Source of the DNA: Candidatus Babeliales bacterium
GTDB lineage: Bacteria; Babelota; Babeliae; Babelales; JANWKD01
Length of the DNA: 64,000 bases
Direction of reading: 5' to 3'
Assembly: GCA_963722255.1 (NCBI GenBank)
Contig: CAVRJO010000002.1
Location: 96,001-160,000, forward strand
The notes under the pieces are model-generated. The model did not search any database and was not told the DNA's origin. It saw only the letters and a program-made list of their open reading frames with translations. Below, one piece after another: positions 41,152 to 50,847 of this stretch (position 1 is its first letter; every line of letters starts with the position of its first letter). The translations under genes were made by a program, and so were the position numbers.

Positions 41152-41235
41152 TGCCGAGGGCCGGACTCGAACCGGCACGAAGAAACCTTCGAAGGATTTT
41201 AAGTCCTTTGCGTCTACCTATTCCGCCACCCCGGC
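41149..41235 (-). tRNA. tRNA-Leu (TAA)
   Basis: GCCGGGGTGGCGGAATAGGTAGACGC..GGAC-T-TAA-AATCC, long variable arm, GGTTCGAGTCC, encoded CCA. Confidence 0.97.
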
Positions 41236-41269
41236 TTTAATTAATTCAAAGAAAAAATGGAAATAAATC

Positions 41270-41343
41270 TGGAGGCGGCACCCGGATTTGAACCGGGGAT
41301 CACGGATTTGCAGTCCATTGCCTTACCACTTGGCTATGCCGCC
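41270..41343 (-). tRNA. tRNA-Cys (GCA)
   Basis: GGCGGCATAGCCAAGTGGTAAGGC..GGACT-GCA-AATCC..GGTTCAAATCC..TCCA, 74 nt. Confidence 0.97.
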
Positions 41344-41376
41344 ATTAACCTTCTGCAGATTATAGTAACACGATTG

Positions 41377-41877
41377 TTAATGAATCGCAAATTCTTCAAT
41401 CTTTTTCTTTAAATCTTCAACAGAAATTACAGCAACCGATTTCTTTTCAGCATACATTTCAGGCTTTTGATAGTTCACTAAATATGATTGTTGACATGCC
41501 CCAACAACAGAAATGCCAAACTGTTTTGCTTCCGCTGTTCCTCCCTCAAAAGCCCATACACGCTTAAATCCAAGCTTTGTTAACATTGTATAACCATCTC
41601 CACTTGCTGTGCATAAATAGTTGCTACAATGAAGAACAATTTCTGTTGTATCTTTATTCCAACGCTTTAATGCATATTCTTTTAAATCCATAAAGGGTAC
41701 ATTGATTGAGCCTTGAATATGACAATCATCAAATGATTCTTTATCAAGAACATTTACAATAACAAACTTTGGTGTTGTTGCTTGGCCACCAACAAAACGC
41801 TCACAACTACATGCAGATAATGCAATCATTATGATAACATTTATAATTGCTAAAAAAAATCGAACAAACATCATCAT
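41377..41877 (-). CDS. Rhodanese-like domain protein, possible lipoprotein
   Basis: HIQGSINVP, IVLHCSNYLC, LGF.RV.AFEGG; LSAC lipobox-like sequence. Confidence 0.8.
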   Translation of the reverse strand: MMMFVRFFLAIINVIIMIALSACSCERFVGGQATTPKFVIVNVLDKESFDDCHIQGSINVPFMDLKEYALKRWNKDTTEIVLHCSNYLCTASGDGYTMLTKLGFKRVWAFEGGTAEAKQFGISVVGACQQSYLVNYQKPEMYAEKKSVAVISVEDLKKKIEEFAIH

Positions 41878-41880
41878 TTC

Positions 41881-42756
41881 CTAATAAACAAATTGAAAGA
41901 ATCTACTCCAACGAACACGCTTCCAGAAATCAATTGGATGCTTCAAAAGGTCAAAAATAAACCATGATTCATTGCTATCAATTGACCATAGACGTATAAG
42001 AATTTTTCCATGAATCAATTTTGTAGCAAGCGGGCCCCAATAACGTGAATCAAGGCTGCCTTTTCTATTATCTCCCATTGCCCATACTTGATCAGGACCA
42101 AGATGAACATCATACTCATCAATATTGTGATTATCATCAATAGTCGGCGTATACGGCATTCGCTTCCATTCTATTCCATAACGTTCCATTATTTTTTTAG
42201 CTAATTCAACATCAGCTGCAGTCATTTGATAATAAGGTTGATCTTCAAATGATTTCGATTCATCATAAGAACGTGTATACCACGGTGGCATTTTTCCTTC
42301 AGCATAAACTCCAATAAGAGGATTTTTATTTACATACGGCTCATCAAGCTTTTGACCGTTTCTATAGACTACGGGTTTACCATCTTCAATCTTGCCTTGA
42401 ATATGATCGCCAGGAAGTCCAATAAGACGTTTCGTCCAATTTGAAGGCCCCCAAACATACTGTTGGAAAAGTTCCATAAAATAGTTGTTTGAATAAGCAT
42501 ATGTCGGATCATTGAAGGTAATAATATCTCCATGCTTCAATGGCGTGAAAAGAACTGTAAACTTATCGGCAAAAAAACGCTCACCAACTAGCATTGTTGT
42601 TTCCATTGAGCCAGTCGGTACTTGATATAATCCATAAAAATAGGTTCTTATAACAAATGCCAAAGGAACAACCACAACAAAAGTTTCTATATATTGCGCT
42701 ATCGTTGACTTATTCGGTCTTCTTACCCATGTCCAAAATCTATGCAGTGCATTCAT
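41881..42756 (-). CDS. lepB: Signal peptidase I
   Basis: PTGSMETT, KRLIGLPGD, MGDNR..SLDSRYWG. Confidence 0.93.
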   Translation of the reverse strand: MNALHRFWTWVRRPNKSTIAQYIETFVVVVPLAFVIRTYFYGLYQVPTGSMETTMLVGERFFADKFTVLFTPLKHGDIITFNDPTYAYSNNYFMELFQQYVWGPSNWTKRLIGLPGDHIQGKIEDGKPVVYRNGQKLDEPYVNKNPLIGVYAEGKMPPWYTRSYDESKSFEDQPYYQMTAADVELAKKIMERYGIEWKRMPYTPTIDDNHNIDEYDVHLGPDQVWAMGDNRKGSLDSRYWGPLATKLIHGKILIRLWSIDSNESWFIFDLLKHPIDFWKRVRWSRFFQFVY

Positions 42757-42791
42757 ACATGTTCTTTCGATTATAAAAAATAAATAAATAA

Positions 42792-43679
42792 TTATCTTAA
42801 AATATACAGAGGATTTATTCTCTTGCCAAATAAATCTATCACTTCAAAATGCAAATGCGATGCATCATGCTTTCCACGAACCAATCCCGTTGCACCAACA
42901 CATCCAATTTGTTTTGATACGGTAACTTTTTGACCAACTTTTACCAATATTTCATCAAGATGTGCATAGCGTGTTTTACAATTTTTATGACTTACTACAA
43001 TCGATTTGCCATATCCCTTTGGTGTGTAAGAAACTTCAACCACTGTTCCATCAGCTGCTGGATATATGGGTGTTCCTTTTAAAGCTGCCATATCAATTCC
43101 ATAGTGAAATCTTTTTTTTCGCGGGCCAAAATGTGAACTAATCCAAAACTGTTTTTTATTAATGGGCCATGCCAAAGAAAAATCATACAGATACTTAGGA
43201 ATGAAGGTGTTTCTTTTGGTAAGGCGAGTGCTGCCTCTTTGATTCAGTTGTGGCTTGGGTTTAAGGCAATTGCGAATAACGGAAGAATAGTTTGTATCCC
43301 ATCTACCTCCTTCGTACAAAGGCTTAACAACTTTTTCAAGATTATGTGCTTTTCCAAATCCGAGTGCGGCATTGCGTAAATAAAGCACTTCGCGATTTAC
43401 AGGATTCAATCTAGCTTCTGAACTATCATCAATCCATGTATCATCAAAAGAGTCTTCTTCTGAATCAGTATCATGCAAGAGTGATCTCTTTAAAAAATTG
43501 ATCTGTTTTAATGAATAAAGATAGTCTTGATAATCTTTCTGCAACTCCAACATACGCAAAGCTTGCTGTTTAAAAAATCGGTATTCAACAAATAATGCAA
43601 CAGTTATAAGTGACATAATAAAAAATAATAGCCCACATAAAACAACAATGAGCGAACAGGCGGATTCTTTAATTTTCAT
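42792..43679 (-). CDS. M23 family peptidase
   Basis: HYGIDMA, TRYAHL, HLHFEV, NP; N-terminal TM. Confidence 0.9.
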   Translation of the reverse strand: MKIKESACSLIVVLCGLLFFIMSLITVALFVEYRFFKQQALRMLELQKDYQDYLYSLKQINFLKRSLLHDTDSEEDSFDDTWIDDSSEARLNPVNREVLYLRNAALGFGKAHNLEKVVKPLYEGGRWDTNYSSVIRNCLKPKPQLNQRGSTRLTKRNTFIPKYLYDFSLAWPINKKQFWISSHFGPRKKRFHYGIDMAALKGTPIYPAADGTVVEVSYTPKGYGKSIVVSHKNCKTRYAHLDEILVKVGQKVTVSKQIGCVGATGLVRGKHDASHLHFEVIDLFGKRINPLYILR

Positions 43680-43692
43680 TTCATATGCATAG

Positions 43693-44412
43693 TTAAATTA
43701 TAATAATGTTATCCTCTAAAATCCACCCAGTGGCTTCATTTGTTGCTACTTTTACCCATTTACCTTGCTTCTCATACACTCTTATTTCTTCACCTTTTAT
43801 AAGTGTTGCCAATTTTGAAAAACGCTCATCAGTACCAGCAACAAGAGATGTTTCTTGAGCTACAATAGCATTTTTTTTCGAAAGACCCCAATGCTTAATT
43901 CCTAAACTGCTTGTTGCAATGCACAGCAGAATAAGGAATGTCCCCACCACGAATTTATATTTTTTTGTATCAAAAAATAGTATCACTATACACACTGTTA
44001 TAAGTATCACAAGAACAAGCAATTGCCAGCAGAATAGTGAATAGTTCATAATACCACGAAATAAAGGTTCATACCAACCATTACATTCACGAATTCCCAA
44101 AATCTCTTGAACATGTTTAGAATTAGATTCCACATCAGCATACCAAGCAGAGCGACCGTTTGCTAACGAACGCTTCCAACATACAAGAGCCTCAGGATAT
44201 CGTTCTAAATGATAATAACAGTTACCAAGATTATACCACACTGCTGCACCCTTATTATCAATTGATTCATAAAGCCTCTGTGCTGCATCATAATCACCGT
44301 GAGCATACAGACTATTAGCATGCAAAAATTTTTCTTGTGTTGTAGCTAAAGAAAGATGGCCTATTCCAAAAAAGCTGAAAATAAAAAAGGAAAAAAGATG
44401 CCATTTCTTCAT
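43693..44412 (-). CDS. BatE-like TPR + SH3 protein
   Basis: YNLGNCYY TPR, two TMs, C-terminal SH3-like (W.KV...GWI). Confidence 0.75.
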   Translation of the reverse strand: MKKWHLFSFFIFSFFGIGHLSLATTQEKFLHANSLYAHGDYDAAQRLYESIDNKGAAVWYNLGNCYYHLERYPEALVCWKRSLANGRSAWYADVESNSKHVQEILGIRECNGWYEPLFRGIMNYSLFCWQLLVLVILITVCIVILFFDTKKYKFVVGTFLILLCIATSSLGIKHWGLSKKNAIVAQETSLVAGTDERFSKLATLIKGEEIRVYEKQGKWVKVATNEATGWILEDNIIII

Positions 44413-46142
44413 AATTTTTCCTCCAACTGGTTAATCCACATTAATGCGCGCTTGAAAAGATCATCAGGAACTTGCGTAATTGCTTGTCTTGAATATGCTA
44501 ATTCAGCTAACTGTAAAAAAAATCTATTCCATTGTTCAAGCGATTCTCGCACAAATCCTGCATCTTTAAGCCTCTCTTCAATGGTCTGTGCGGTAACTTG
44601 CGCCGGCAATAACTGACAACGATCTCTAAATAATTGACTAAAAACATCATAAAGCTGAACATAATTATTATGCTTTTTTAATTGAGCTAATTTTCTTCGT
44701 GTAAATTTAAAAGCATTTTTTCGTTTTTGAGCTAACCAATAATCTGAGCCAAGGCTTTGTAAATAGTTTTTAATACCAACAAAAAGTGTACCTCCTATGA
44801 TTATAAGCAGATAGAAAAAAAACCATCCTAATGGGATAGACCGTTCAGACGTATAAGTCCATGGGCCATCTGTTTTGAGAGGACCTATTTTTTCATTATC
44901 AAATAGTTCAATCGATGGATCATTTTCATTCTGCTGATCATATATTTTATTATTCTCTTTACCACCATTAATTTCCAAATGCACAGGATTTGTCTTGAGT
45001 TGTTTATAAGTTCGCACATAGGGGTCAAAAAAATTATAAACTTGTGAACTAATTTCAAAATTACTATCTTGGGTAGCTTGTATAATATACTCACAAGATT
45101 TTTTATATAAGCCATTTGATAATTTTTCTACTGATGCTTTTGAATCATAATATTTTAATCCAGCGGGAAGGCTCAATGGTGGTGGTAGAACATCGTCTAG
45201 ACCCTCTTTACCAATAATATCTAAAATAGCTACTATGCCTTCTCCCCTCATAGCGCTTTTTTGTTTACAGCGCAATGAAATCGAATCAAATAATCCAACG
45301 CCTAATAAATGATCCTTTGTTGGTGATAGCGGCAACGCAGCAACCTCTATTTCCATAGGATCATTAGTATAAAACCATGTATCTTGCGATCCATGCATTG
45401 AAAAACCAAATCCCCAGAGTCGCTGTTGTTTTTGGCTTTGCACCCTACATAACACGCCAATTTTTGGTATTATAAGTTTTCCGGTTTTTTTTACAAGTAA
45501 CGTGACGGGAATTTCATAACACGCATAATTTTTCCCATCAATTATTTGTGTTGTTTGTGTATGATTTGGTAACTGAACAAATTCTCCAACTTCAGGATCC
45601 AATGGTGGGATCTTAACATCAAGAAGTTGAGAATTTATGCAACTATTTATACGCAAGACGCCAGTGATACGTTGGCCAACCACTATTGATTTTTTAGCAA
45701 CTATAAGTTCTACAATAATATCCGATTGTTCTTGCTGTTCAACTTTAATCGTCAAAGCATTTGAAGTAAGCGTTACACCATTTTTGGTTACCAATTGTAC
45801 AGGTCCTAAAGAAAATGTACCGAGCTTATCAGCACGTATAACATAGGAATGAACCGTTGTAATATGTGACATTAGATTTAAATGGCTTGCGCCACAAAAT
45901 TCGCTATGGAAATTTTCTAATCCGGGAATAGTGCACTTGTAAAGATCTTGAGCGCCTTCCGCTTTAATTTCCAAGGTATAAGGATGACCCAAAGATAATG
46001 TTGTAACAGCAGTATCATTAGTTCGATTTACAACACGTAGCTCTAATCGTGGTGCAGCATCAAGCAAACCGAAAAATCCAAAAACTATACCAATGATTTT
46101 ACGATAGTTACCAATTTTTATATCCATTGCGCACCATCTCAT
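44409..46142 (-). CDS. BatD-like protein
   Basis: Ig-like repeats (G.FxLGP, SNALTIKV, GVGxF, FFDP...Y), TM near the C-terminus; bat-operon context. Confidence 0.75.
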   Translation of the reverse strand: MRWCAMDIKIGNYRKIIGIVFGFFGLLDAAPRLELRVVNRTNDTAVTTLSLGHPYTLEIKAEGAQDLYKCTIPGLENFHSEFCGASHLNLMSHITTVHSYVIRADKLGTFSLGPVQLVTKNGVTLTSNALTIKVEQQEQSDIIVELIVAKKSIVVGQRITGVLRINSCINSQLLDVKIPPLDPEVGEFVQLPNHTQTTQIIDGKNYACYEIPVTLLVKKTGKLIIPKIGVLCRVQSQKQQRLWGFGFSMHGSQDTWFYTNDPMEIEVAALPLSPTKDHLLGVGLFDSISLRCKQKSAMRGEGIVAILDIIGKEGLDDVLPPPLSLPAGLKYYDSKASVEKLSNGLYKKSCEYIIQATQDSNFEISSQVYNFFDPYVRTYKQLKTNPVHLEINGGKENNKIYDQQNENDPSIELFDNEKIGPLKTDGPWTYTSERSIPLGWFFFYLLIIIGGTLFVGIKNYLQSLGSDYWLAQKRKNAFKFTRRKLAQLKKHNNYVQLYDVFSQLFRDRCQLLPAQVTAQTIEERLKDAGFVRESLEQWNRFFLQLAELAYSRQAITQVPDDLFKRALMWINQLEEKL

Positions 46143-47117
46143 TTTTTAACTTGTTTTGTAATAAAAACTTAGTCATGTGAGCATCTTCATTCTCAACTTC
46201 TTGCAATAATAAAGTTTCAGCATCTGCATCTTCTTCATCTGATTTTTTTCCTGTAAATTTTTTCTCTTGAGAAGCTTGTGCAGCTTCTTTTGAAGGCTTC
46301 GATCCACTAGAATTTTGTGTATCTTTTTTGCCCACATCTTTTTGTTGTCGTGGATCTTCTTTTTGTTTATGAGAATCTTCAGACTTTTTTTCATCATTTT
46401 GTTTTTGATCGCCTGGCTGCTGATCTTGCTGAGGATTATCCTTTTTTTGATTATCAGAATCTTTGCCGCCTTTATCATTTTTTTGATCATTTGAACCATT
46501 ATTCTTCGAATCATCCATTGGATCATTAGGATCTTTTTGATCACCACTCTTATCTTTCTGTTGATCAGAATCTTGTTGATCTTTTTGATCTTCTGATTTA
46601 TCATTTTTATCTTTTTTATCTTGTTGATCTTTTTGATCATTTTTCTCGTTTTTATTCTTATCTTGCTCTTGCTGCTTCTTTTGCTCTTCTTCCTGAATTC
46701 TTTTTTTAGTTGTTCAACCATCTTTTTTGCTTGTTCATGGTTAGGATTTTGTTTTAATACCGCTTCAAATTGATCAAGAGCTTTTTGCCATTCCTGCATT
46801 TTAACAAAACTATTTCCAAGATCATACAGCGCTTGCTCTTTTAACAATGGAGGCATCTCATCAACTTCTAATGATTTCTCAAAATATGCTTGCGCTTTTT
46901 CATATTCGCCTTTTTTGTAGGAAATTTTACCTAAATTGTAGAGGGCATCAGCAGCTTGCGGATTATCAGTCACGAGCGTATCAAAATAGTGCTGCGCAGT
47001 TTCAAGATCATTATTTTTATAAGCAGTAACTCCTTTATATGTAGTTATCATTGCATCAACAGAGGTAAACCAAACAATACTAATAATGGTTACTAAAATT
47101 CGTTTCATAAAAGCCAC
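46108..47117 (-). CDS. BatC-like TPR protein with low-complexity Q/K/D tail; frameshift at about 46701-46707
   Basis: TPRs (YNLG, YDLGN). After the A7 run a -1 shift gives IQEEEQKKQQE... continuing into 46108..46518 and ending KNW, as typical for BatC. Confidence 0.75.
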
Positions 47118-48112
47118 TCAATAATAAAACAAAGTAAACTAAGTGCAATACAATAATGATATTGTTCTTGTAATGATTGAACTTTTTTATCATCAAATCG
47201 TTCTTTTTCCATACGTTCAACATAGGAAACAACTTTTTTCAAATCTTGTAAATCACCGGTAGCTCGTACATATAAACCGCCTAATGAAGATGCCAAGCTC
47301 GATAAAATTCCCTCATTCAAACTTGAAATTACAACAGCGCCTTTCTCATCCATTTGATAGCCGGATTTATTTCCTTGCTCATCGATAAGAGGAATTGGCG
47401 CTCCTTCAGGTGTTCCTATACCAATAGTAATAATTCGTAATCCCATTTTTTGAGCTTCTTGTTTAATACCGGATAAATTGCTAGAAAAATCTTCGCCATC
47501 GGTAAATACAACTAATACTTTGTTTTTCTTATGCTCTATTGTTTTAAACATATCTACAACTTTTTGAATAGCCGAATCTAATGCTGTTGTACCCGATGAC
47601 ATCGTTGTATAATCAATTTGATTTAAAAACATCTTGAATGCATCAAAATCTGAAGTTAAAGGACATTGAACAACTGAACTACCTGAAAATAACAATAACC
47701 CAACTCTTTCAGACCCGAGCATTGCAAGCAAATTAGAAATTTTTGATTTAGCAACGGTGAGTCTATTAGGGAAGATATCTTGTGCAAGCATGCTTTTTGA
47801 AATATCTAATGCAATAAAAAGATCCCTTCCCTCTTGTATAATCGGCTCCTCTTTTTTATCCCATTGTGGTTGCAAAAAAGCCAAAAATAAAAAGCTAAAA
47901 CCAAGGGTTAATGCCATTTGTTTAATAAACTGCTTGTGTGGACTATAATTCATCACAAGGAAAGATTGCCATTGTGGTGCTGCTAGCGTTGCAACCACGC
48001 GTTTTTTTGTAAGGTAATACCAGATAATAATGCCAATAACAACCATTAGGACGGGCAAGAAAAGTAGATTATTGGCTGAAGCAAATGTGATCCCAAAAAA
48101 TCTTGTTTTCAT
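47105..48112 (-). CDS. BatB-like VWA domain protein
   Basis: PQW, DISKSM MIDAS, PLTSD, TDGED (track start 48175). Confidence 0.85.
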   Translation of the reverse strand: MKTRFFGITFASANNLLFLPVLMVVIGIIIWYYLTKKRVVATLAAPQWQSFLVMNYSPHKQFIKQMALTLGFSFLFLAFLQPQWDKKEEPIIQEGRDLFIALDISKSMLAQDIFPNRLTVAKSKISNLLAMLGSERVGLLLFSGSSVVQCPLTSDFDAFKMFLNQIDYTTMSSGTTALDSAIQKVVDMFKTIEHKKNKVLVVFTDGEDFSSNLSGIKQEAQKMGLRIITIGIGTPEGAPIPLIDEQGNKSGYQMDEKGAVVISSLNEGILSSLASSLGGLYVRATGDLQDLKKVVSYVERMEKERFDDKKVQSLQEQYHYCIALSLLCFIIEWLL

Positions 48113-49092
48113 ACAGTAATCCAAATAAAAGATGATGAAACTAATTCTAACAATGCCAATGCTGATGCTATACAAAGAAATGGTTTGAAAACATCATGAA
48201 AATGAGTAAATACTGACGTTTCATATTCAGTCTTTTCAAGCATATCTATTGTTGTATAAATCGCCTTCATATCATGAGGTTTTTTTGCTGCAAAATAACG
48301 GCCGCCAGTATGTTCAGCAACAAATGTCAAATCTTCTTTATTTACACCTTGAATCGGCTGAATACCAAAAGGAGTCTGCACATAACTAATACCATCAGGA
48401 CCAATACCAATAGTATAAATTTTTATACCAAATTTTTGTGCAACTGCAACCACTTGCTCACGTGTTTTAGTATCTTCGTATGCAGCTCCATCTGTTAATA
48501 CAATCATAATTTTAGATGATCCCTTGCAAGCTTTCAATCTATTTGCTGCTAAAAGCATACCGGTATACAATAACGTTCCTCTTCCATCAACAGTTCCTAT
48601 TGCGGTATCTTGTATAATTTCTTTCAAGATTTTTTTATCAAGCGTTAAAGGACAGCGCGAAACAGCATCGCGGCCAAAAATAGTTAATCCAATTGGATCA
48701 TGTTCACGATTTTCTATAAACCGAATTGCCTCTTCCTTTGCAATATCAAGACGAGTTCGTGAATCACGATCATCATCAATAATTTGCATACTATTTGAAA
48801 CATCCAATACTAAAATCATATCAACACCTTCACCATGTATTTTCGATTGGTGATCTATAGTGCGTGGCTTTGCAACCAATAATGCAAGAATAGAAAGAAC
48901 GGCTACTCTTAAAAAGAATATATATTTTGTATGAATGCTTGAAGCATTAAATCCCATTGAATCGATAGTTGTTGCCAATGAATAACGATATCGTATTGGT
49001 TTATACGAGTAAAATCGATATACACTTATTATTGCAATACAAGGGATTAAGAGCCATAAAAGCCACGGATATGCAAAATATATAAAGTCCAT
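48109..49092 (-). CDS. BatA-like VWA domain protein
   Basis: FAYP, DVSNSM MIDAS, PLTLD, LTDG, IYTIGIG, TGGRYF. Confidence 0.85.
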   Translation of the reverse strand: MDFIYFAYPWLLWLLIPCIAIISVYRFYSYKPIRYRYSLATTIDSMGFNASSIHTKYIFFLRVAVLSILALLVAKPRTIDHQSKIHGEGVDMILVLDVSNSMQIIDDDRDSRTRLDIAKEEAIRFIENREHDPIGLTIFGRDAVSRCPLTLDKKILKEIIQDTAIGTVDGRGTLLYTGMLLAANRLKACKGSSKIMIVLTDGAAYEDTKTREQVVAVAQKFGIKIYTIGIGPDGISYVQTPFGIQPIQGVNKEDLTFVAEHTGGRYFAAKKPHDMKAIYTTIDMLEKTEYETSVFTHFHDVFKPFLCIASALALLELVSSSFIWITV

Positions 49093-49095
49093 AGA

Positions 49096-49815
49096 TCATT
49101 CCTTATCGTGCTCTAAAAACCAGAATCGAACTCGATCGATAAATTCTTCATCTGTTTCTTTTTGCCCTAGCATACATTGTTTTCCAATAACTACCTTAAT
49201 TGGATGATACCTCACAAAAAAACTTCCCATTGGATATACTTTATAGGCATCCTTAATCATTACTGGAACAACAGGTTTTCCTGTCTTCCTTGCTATAATA
49301 GCAAATCCCCATAAAAAATCATGTACCTTTCCATCAGAATATCTACTACCTTCAGGAAAAATAATAAGGCTTTGTCTATGATCTTTTGCTCTACGAATTC
49401 CTTCAAGCAGCCCTGCCAATGCCTTTCTTGGCGTTGTTCTATCAACTGCAATATTCATTCGCTTTGCCATAAATCCAAACAACGGAATTTTGCATAATTC
49501 TACTTTAAAAAACCAGCAATGCGGCTTATTTTTAAGTAAAACTCCAAGTAGAAGCACATCTAATGCTGATTGGTGATTTGCCACATATAATGCTGAATTT
49601 TTTGGAAGATTTTCTTTTCCCTCAAAAGTTATAGGGATGCATAATCCAGCGAGAGCTATACGATAAAATAGATTCATAAAAAAATAGTATATTTTATTAT
49701 CGTATCGTATACGCGTCGGTAGTAGTGAAAGTATAAAACAAGGAATTAAGCCAACAACAATCGCGATAAGAAAAAAGATATAAAAAATAATGGTTCTAAA
49801 AAAAGTAATTATCAT
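49096..49815 (-). CDS. plsC: 1-acyl-sn-glycerol-3-phosphate acyltransferase
   Basis: NHQSALD, FPEGSR, PVVPV. Confidence 0.9.
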   Translation of the reverse strand: MIITFFRTIIFYIFFLIAIVVGLIPCFILSLLPTRIRYDNKIYYFFMNLFYRIALAGLCIPITFEGKENLPKNSALYVANHQSALDVLLLGVLLKNKPHCWFFKVELCKIPLFGFMAKRMNIAVDRTTPRKALAGLLEGIRRAKDHRQSLIIFPEGSRYSDGKVHDFLWGFAIIARKTGKPVVPVMIKDAYKVYPMGSFFVRYHPIKVVIGKQCMLGQKETDEEFIDRVRFWFLEHDKE

Positions 49816-50651
49816 AGCGCATACCTATCATAATGATCATGCACTTGCTTAGTGTACAAAGTATAAAATAAACAAAAAATGAAAGGAATTATAAGCTTGG
49901 TTGCATTATCAGCAATAATCTCAAGCAGATGATAGGAATCTGCATGCTTTTCAAAATATAACCAACCTAACATACTGACAATTGAGTTTATTATTATAAA
50001 CTCTAGTAAAAAAGCAGCTAATGAAATTATGAACCAAACTATTAAACAAAATGGATACGTATAAAAAACAGCACAACATGCTGACCAGAGTCTTGTTAAA
50101 AAATATCTGATTTTTTTTGAAGAATCTAAGTAAAAAAAAGTATACACTATCAAAAATGGTGAAAAATAGACTGTTGAAAGCCCAGGAAAATTTCTTATAA
50201 AAAGCAGATAATCAACCCCATCAAAAAACCACCCTAAAAATTTATTAATAATCGTACTATTCATACTATAAAAACGTAGTGCCCATACAGCAGCCGTTAC
50301 AAAAACAAACCAGCAGTATGAGTTCCAATAACTTGCATAATACCAACAATCTTTTATATCAAGCGAAGATCGCACCATAAGAAAAAGAATGCACGCTACT
50401 AAACTCCAGAGTAAAAACCATACAACCAGAAGGGCGCCACTAAAAATAGGTAGTAGATGCATTCTGGTTACGACATCAACAACTATACATACGCAAATTA
50501 ACCACCAAAAACCCTTAAATAGCTCTGTGTAGGTTTCTTTAGATGCTTTGAGCGTAACAAGCCAAAAGCGTTTATCCATTAGAAGCTTTAACGATTCTCG
50601 CCAGCTTATGCCCACTTCTTTAAAGAAAGACCCTATTCTTGTAAAAATCAT
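49812..50651 (-). CDS. Polytopic membrane protein of unknown function
   Basis: About six hydrophobic segments; overlaps the plsC start. Confidence 0.7.
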   Translation of the reverse strand: MIFTRIGSFFKEVGISWRESLKLLMDKRFWLVTLKASKETYTELFKGFWWLICVCIVVDVVTRMHLLPIFSGALLVVWFLLWSLVACILFLMVRSSLDIKDCWYYASYWNSYCWFVFVTAAVWALRFYSMNSTIINKFLGWFFDGVDYLLFIRNFPGLSTVYFSPFLIVYTFFYLDSSKKIRYFLTRLWSACCAVFYTYPFCLIVWFIISLAAFLLEFIIINSIVSMLGWLYFEKHADSYHLLEIIADNATKLIIPFIFCLFYTLYTKQVHDHYDRYAL

Positions 50652-50720
50652 AGAAAATCCTAACTTGTATTAATAAAATGGCTTAAAATAGTAAAACTCT
50701 AGGCCAATTTATAAAAATAT

Positions 50721-50750
50721 TTGACATTTTGAAAATATTTATTTTATTAT
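50721..50750 (+). promoter_or_regulatory. Putative sigma70 promoter of topA
   Basis: TTGACA-N18-TATTAT. Confidence 0.5.
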
Positions 50751-50847
50751 TAAGTACAAATGAGAGTACTTTGGTACTATACCATTGCATATTACCGTAA
50801 AACCATTATTATTTATAGAAATTTCTTGTATATAGTAAAGATATCAT

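Noticed and set aside
46380..46690. Short repeats (TGATCTTTTTGATC-like) as a possible array
   Set aside because: Irregular codon-level repeats of D/Q/K in BatC; no repeat-spacer periodicity and no cas genes.
46173..46700. K/I/M-rich C-terminal half of the 314-aa track ORF
   Set aside because: Out-of-frame reading of the BatC low-complexity tail after the frameshift.
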